Below, one piece after another: positions 59,078 to 64,000 of a stretch of 64,000 bases of DNA (its first letter is position 1; every line of letters begins with the position of its first letter). The stretch is taken from NCBI GenBank assembly GCA_047495785.1, contig JBLDXI010000007.1:1054001-1118000 (forward strand), read 5' to 3'. This DNA is from Lepidodermella squamata (taxonomy: Eukaryota; Animalia; Gastrotricha). The position numbers were made by a program, and so were the translations under genes. The notes below the pieces were generated by a model. That model was given only the letters and a program-made list of their open reading frames with translations, had not been told where the DNA came from and made no database searches.

Positions 59078-60474
59078 TCATTGGTCGCGCATGAATTTGT
59101 CGATGCTTGTGACTGACTGTTCGTTGAATTCGACCCTGGTTCTCTCCCATGCAGCTTGAATCGCCGATTTTACAATCGAACTAATGCGATCGAGCAGGCG
59201 AACTGTTCGAGATAAGTACGGAGCCGAACTTCGCCCGCCACAGCACATCTGTTTCGATTCTACCATGTTGAACGCCATTTGAAAAAGCTTGCGAATATTC
59301 GCCATTTGCTGGCTGATACCTGCAATGGTCGCTAAATAAAAAACAAAAGAAAATCGAAATTTTAGAAGAAAGTATAAATGCTCACGATTGAAAGCAAGGA
59401 GCAGAAAAAGAAGCGCAGATTCGAGAAAACTCGGTTTCCATTCTTCGAGGATACTCCCAAGACTTGCTATGTCGCTTTCCGCCTCCTTCATAAGAACTGC
59501 GCATTAGGATTAATCTTCAAAAATTAACAAATCGTTACGTCTAGGGCAGGGCACAATTTCGTTATTTGCTTCAGCGTTTGCGGGTTAACTGTATGCCTGA
59601 CGGAATTCGACGGCATGGCACAGAATACAATGACGATTGGCAGAAGACCCGTAGCTAGCAGCGTCGATTTCTCAACTTCACCAAAGCCATAAGCATCTGA
59701 AAAAAATCAAACTTTGATAATAATCCTAGGAGTTCAGTGAATCAATGCCTTGCAGAAAGCCTGCAAATTTATCCCCTGTATCGTTCATTTGAGCTATCTG
59801 CTTCACACTCAGTTCCCGAACAAGACCGTCGTCGATTGGTCCATGGTACATTTTCATTGGTAGCTAACACAAAGGACAAAGGTACTGGAGTTGATGCAAA
59901 TAAAAAAGATAAGACCTTACGAATTCAAGCCCTAATAGAAAAGTGATTGCATGAGTAGATGTAAGAAGAGCCCTTTCGACCTCAGAGGCTCTATGAATTA
60001 CTGGCTCGAAGGGCAAAGTGGAGGACGTTGACGAATAGCTGTCCGAAGAATCCATTTCCGCAAGCTGTGGTTCGGTTGTGGAGTTGCGCTTACACTCATA
60101 AGTGCCTGAAAATGTGCTCGATTTCGTATTTATTGTATAAAAAACTGCAATACTTTTCATTCCAACAGCAACGCATCGCTCCAAGCGGCATCGTCCGCAA
60201 AGACGGCGAATTTTCGGCTCGATTTTGCAGTTATTGGTACCACTAATACACCTCATTTCGTCGCGGTATATCACGTTTCGACTGAAATATTTCTGGCAAG
60301 CAAAACATATTTTCGGTTGAAACAACTTTCGCCGCGGCACTATGATGCCACACACCTGTTAGAATAGAATTTTCTTATTTTGAATATGTTGCCTTAATGG
60401 CAAAAAATAAAACATACGCGGCAATACTCGACTCGTCGCAGTTTTTCCTCCTCAGAAAATGATTTACGTGGCAT
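59078..60474 (-). CDS. Divergent nuclear hormone receptor NR-2
   Basis: C4 zinc fingers CRVC-x14-CFAC and CISGTNNC-x9-CGRCRLERC..GM. LBD-like motifs GFGEVEKSTLL and ESALLFLLLAFNP. Confidence 0.8.
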
Positions 60475-61159
60475 GATATATTTAGTGATTCTAAGGCAGA
60501 AGGATAAGTTATGGGAAACGTTGCAAACATTGAATTTATATTTAATACAATTTTCTAGACGCGCGCAGTGACACGTCTGTGAGTTAGAAACTAGAACGGA
60601 ACTAAGAACAATGTCACACTATCGATTGAATCATATAGCGCTTTGCACTAACGCTAAAAGCTTGATGATGCTCAAATATTTGACAAGTAGACGGCTTTGT
60701 CTGGGAATACCTCGGAATACAACATGAATGAGAACGCGTGGGAATATTATTAGTAGCACGGCGAGGCAGATTTCCTTTAAACTGAAGCTACCTAAGTCAC
60801 TTGATGACTTCATGCGATGCACCTGGAAATAGTGATTTAACGGGGGTGAATTCAATAAAGAAATACGAAATTTCTCTGATCGGGTATATTGTGCGGAAGA
60901 AAACTTGTAGGGTTAAGGGTTAGTAAAAAACGGCAAATTATGTAGTTGGTATAGCCTAATACACTTGCTCTTTACGCAAGACCGAAAGATTCCCGCGGCG
61001 ACAACATAACCAGACGAGCGACTTCTATCATCCACTCGCTTCCGAGGCTGCCGTCGACCTAGTACCACTCGACGAGTAGGTATTCTGCTACCCCCTGGCC
61101 CTGGTTTCAATAAGCCTTATCCCGGTACACGTACTCAGCCTCTTACCCGCCTTACCCGG

Positions 61160-61602
61160 TCTTACCCGGTACTACTCGACAATTGAAGGTGCATCATATG
61201 AAGAGAGACTTTGAAAATTAGGAATGTTATCCTTAGAGATGCGTCGTTTTCTGCACGATCTAGCTCTCTGCCATAAGCTTTATCGGAATATGGTGGACGA
61301 AAAATGTTATCATTTCTTCACTATATCGAAAAACGGTCACTTGCGAAATCATGCGTTAGTGATGGAAAAGTTCAGAAAAATGAACTATCAATACTCATTT
61401 GTGCAACGTGTGCGTGCGGCGTGGAATTCTATCCCATCTGAGGTCGTAAATAGCTCTCATTTTAATTTCGTTAAATATACTAGAAGCATTGCCTGTGAAC
61501 TAGAAAAATATACTATATAAGTTGTGAGGCGCCTCGACCCTTTTTAATTGCTAAACGTCGCGAAACAAATTGCAAAATAAATCAGTGTATCAGTGTATCA
61601 GT
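61160..61602 (+). mobile_element. 5'-truncated CR1/L2-clade LINE 3' end
   Basis: LSLEMRRFLHDL...RNH...FVQRVRAAWNSIPSEVV is the typical ORF2 C-terminus. AATAAA followed by a TCAGTGTA repeat tail. Confidence 0.85.
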
Positions 61603-62308
61603 CTACGTCCCAGCGAATGCTCAGGGCATAGAAAGGGATAGCGCCTCATTATGATCTGAGAGGGGCGCGCATTTTGAGTTGAAATCGCAGGCGGTCAAAA
61701 AGCGGCGCGGAAAGATCGCATTTCAGCTTGATAATGCGTTATATGCAATCGAAGCGGTAGTACTACTACTTTGTCTATACAGCATTCTCAAAAGCGAGTG
61801 GATGAAGTCGCTCGTCCAGCTAGTTATGTTGTCACCGGGAATCTTTGGGAGTAGGCTAATAGAGACAATAAAAACTAGAACATTCGCGGTCATGTGCTAT
61901 GGTTTTATTAACCCTACATGTCCACAACCAGAACCATCAGACAAATTTCGTATTTTTTTATCGTATTTATCGCTATTCACTGGTGTATTGCATAAATAGT
62001 GATTAAGCTTTACGAAACGTGGCACGCCGTTCTACTTATATTCCTACGCGTTCTCATTTATGTTTCATTCGTAGCCTAAGCCGTCCACGTGTCGAATATT
62101 CGAACACTACAACGCGTTGGTTCAAAGCGCTAAATAAATCGATCGGTCGATTGACACTATTTTAAGTGCAGTCTGAATTTTTAACTCGCAGACCGCAGAC
62201 ATGTCACTGTGCTCGTCTGGGGAAGTGCATTGAATACATATTATAATTGAATGATTACATTTTAGTAACGTTACACTCAGCGTATCGTTTCATCTTAGAA
62301 GCGTTATC

Positions 62309-63713
62309 ATGCCACGTAAATCATGTACGAAGGAGGACAAAGAGCGACGAGTCGAGTTTTGCCGCGTATGTGGTATTTTTTAATATTATTAAGGCGGAAT
62401 TTTTAAAATAAGACAACTCTATCCTAACAGGTGTGTGGCATCGAAGTGCCGCGGCGAAAGTTGTTTCAACCGAAAATATGTTTTGCTTGCCAGAAGTACT
62501 TCAGTCGAAAGGTGTTATACCGCGACGAAATAAAGTGCATCCGTGGTACCAATAACTGCGATATTGAGCCAAAAACTCGCCGTTTTTGCGGACGATGCCG
62601 CTTGGAGCGATGCATTGCAGCTGGAATGAAAAGTATTGCAGTTTAATATTGGGGCAAACAACGAAATTTAGTAAATTTTTAGGAAAAGAGGCTTATGATA
62701 AGCGTAACTCTACAACTGAACTTCATCTTTTGGTATTGGATTCTTGTGACAGCTGTTCGTCAACGTCCTCCTCTTTGCCTTTCGAGCCAGTAATTCATAG
62801 AGCCTCTGAGGTCGAAAGGGCTCTTCTTACATCTACTCATGCAATCACTTTTCTATTAGGGCTTGAATTCGTAAGGTCTTATCTTTTTTATTTGCATCAA
62901 CTCCAGTACCTTTGTCCTTTGTGTTAGCTACCAATGAAAATGTACCATGGACCAATCGACGACGGTCTTGTTCGGGAACTGAGTGTGAAGCAGATAGCTC
63001 AAATGAACGATACAGGGGATAAATTTGCAGGCTTTCTGCAAGGCATTGATTCACTGAACTCCTAGGATTATTATCAAAGTTTGATTTTTTTCAGATGCTT
63101 ATGGCTTTGGTGAAGTTGAGAAATCGACGCTGCTAGCTACGGGTCTTCTGCCAATCGTCATTGTATTCTGTGCCATGCCGTCGAATTCCGTCAGGCATAC
63201 AGTTAACCCGCAAACGCTGAAGCAAATAACGAAATTGTGCCCTGCCCTAGACGTAACGATTTGTTAATTTTTGAAGATTAATCCTAATGCGCAGTTCTTA
63301 TGAAGGAGGCGGAAAGCGACATAGCAAGTCTTGGGAGTATCCTCGAAGAATGGAAACCGAGTTTTCTCGAATCTGCGCTTCTTTTTCTGCTCCTTGCTTT
63401 CAATCGTGAGCATTTATACTTTCTTCTAAAATTTCGATTTTCTTTTGTTTTTTATTTAGCGACCATTGCAAGTATCAGCCAGCAAATGGCGAATATTCGC
63501 AAGCTTTTTCAAATGGCGTTCAACATGGTAGAATCGAAACAGATGTGCTGTGGCGGGCGAAGTTCGGCTCCGTACTTATCTCGAACAGTTCGCCTGCTCG
63601 ATCGCATTAGTTCGATTGTAAAATCGGCGATTCAAGCTGCATGGGAGAGAACCAGGGTCGAATTCAACGAACAGTCAGTCACAAGCATTGACAAATTCAT
63701 GTGCGATCAGTGA
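62309..63713 (+). CDS. Divergent nuclear hormone receptor NR-3
   Basis: MPRKSCTKEDKERRVEFCR|VCG...CFACQKYFSR...CGRCRLERCIAAGMK. LBD exons nearly identical to NR-2. Confidence 0.8.
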
Positions 63714-64000
63714 AGCGATTTGTTAAATCTTGAAAATTTGACTCATCCTGGTATCATCGGGAATGAATCATTTGTCTCATAGTTGACCGTTTTGTCATGA
63801 ACGCATGAAAGCATCAACTTCGATTGTATCTACCAGTTCAGTTTATAGAACGACACGTGGCGACTGCAGTTATGAATGAAACATTAATAAGAATGCTTTT
63901 GATTATAAAAGTAGAACGGCGTGCCAGATTTCCTGAAGCTGACTTAATGCAATACACCAGTGAATAGCGCTTATTGATTCAATAAATAATACGAAATTCG

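Overview
Eukaryotic nuclear DNA from a compact invertebrate genome, probably spiralian/lophotrochozoan (inferred from a PIF-like chitin-binding gene). Introns are short, mostly 31-60 nt. The window is an array of lineage-expanded receptor families. (1) Three Cys-loop ligand-gated channel genes, two intact and one decayed, with an unusual architecture: signal peptide, L-type-lectin-like beta-sandwich, Thr/Ser mucin stalk, then the pLGIC core. (2) Seven near-full-length copies plus two fragments of a 3-exon orphan rhodopsin-like GPCR with a 4-Cys N-terminal mini-domain and ERN/NP[FL]W motifs. (3) One intronless GABA-B-like class C GPCR. (4) Three divergent nuclear receptors with a CFACQ P-box, plus a relic of a fourth. 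Also present: a disrupted six-repeat LamG/pentraxin gene, an ankyrin/SOCS-box gene, a GC-rich PIF-like gene, a cluster of five decayed tRNA fragments, many non-autonomous DNA transposons and a CR1-type LINE end. The best candidate for an undescribed system is the lectin-stalk-channel fusion sitting in a putative chemosensory cluster. All calls are from reading motifs by eye; no searches were run. Some frameshifts may be assembly errors.
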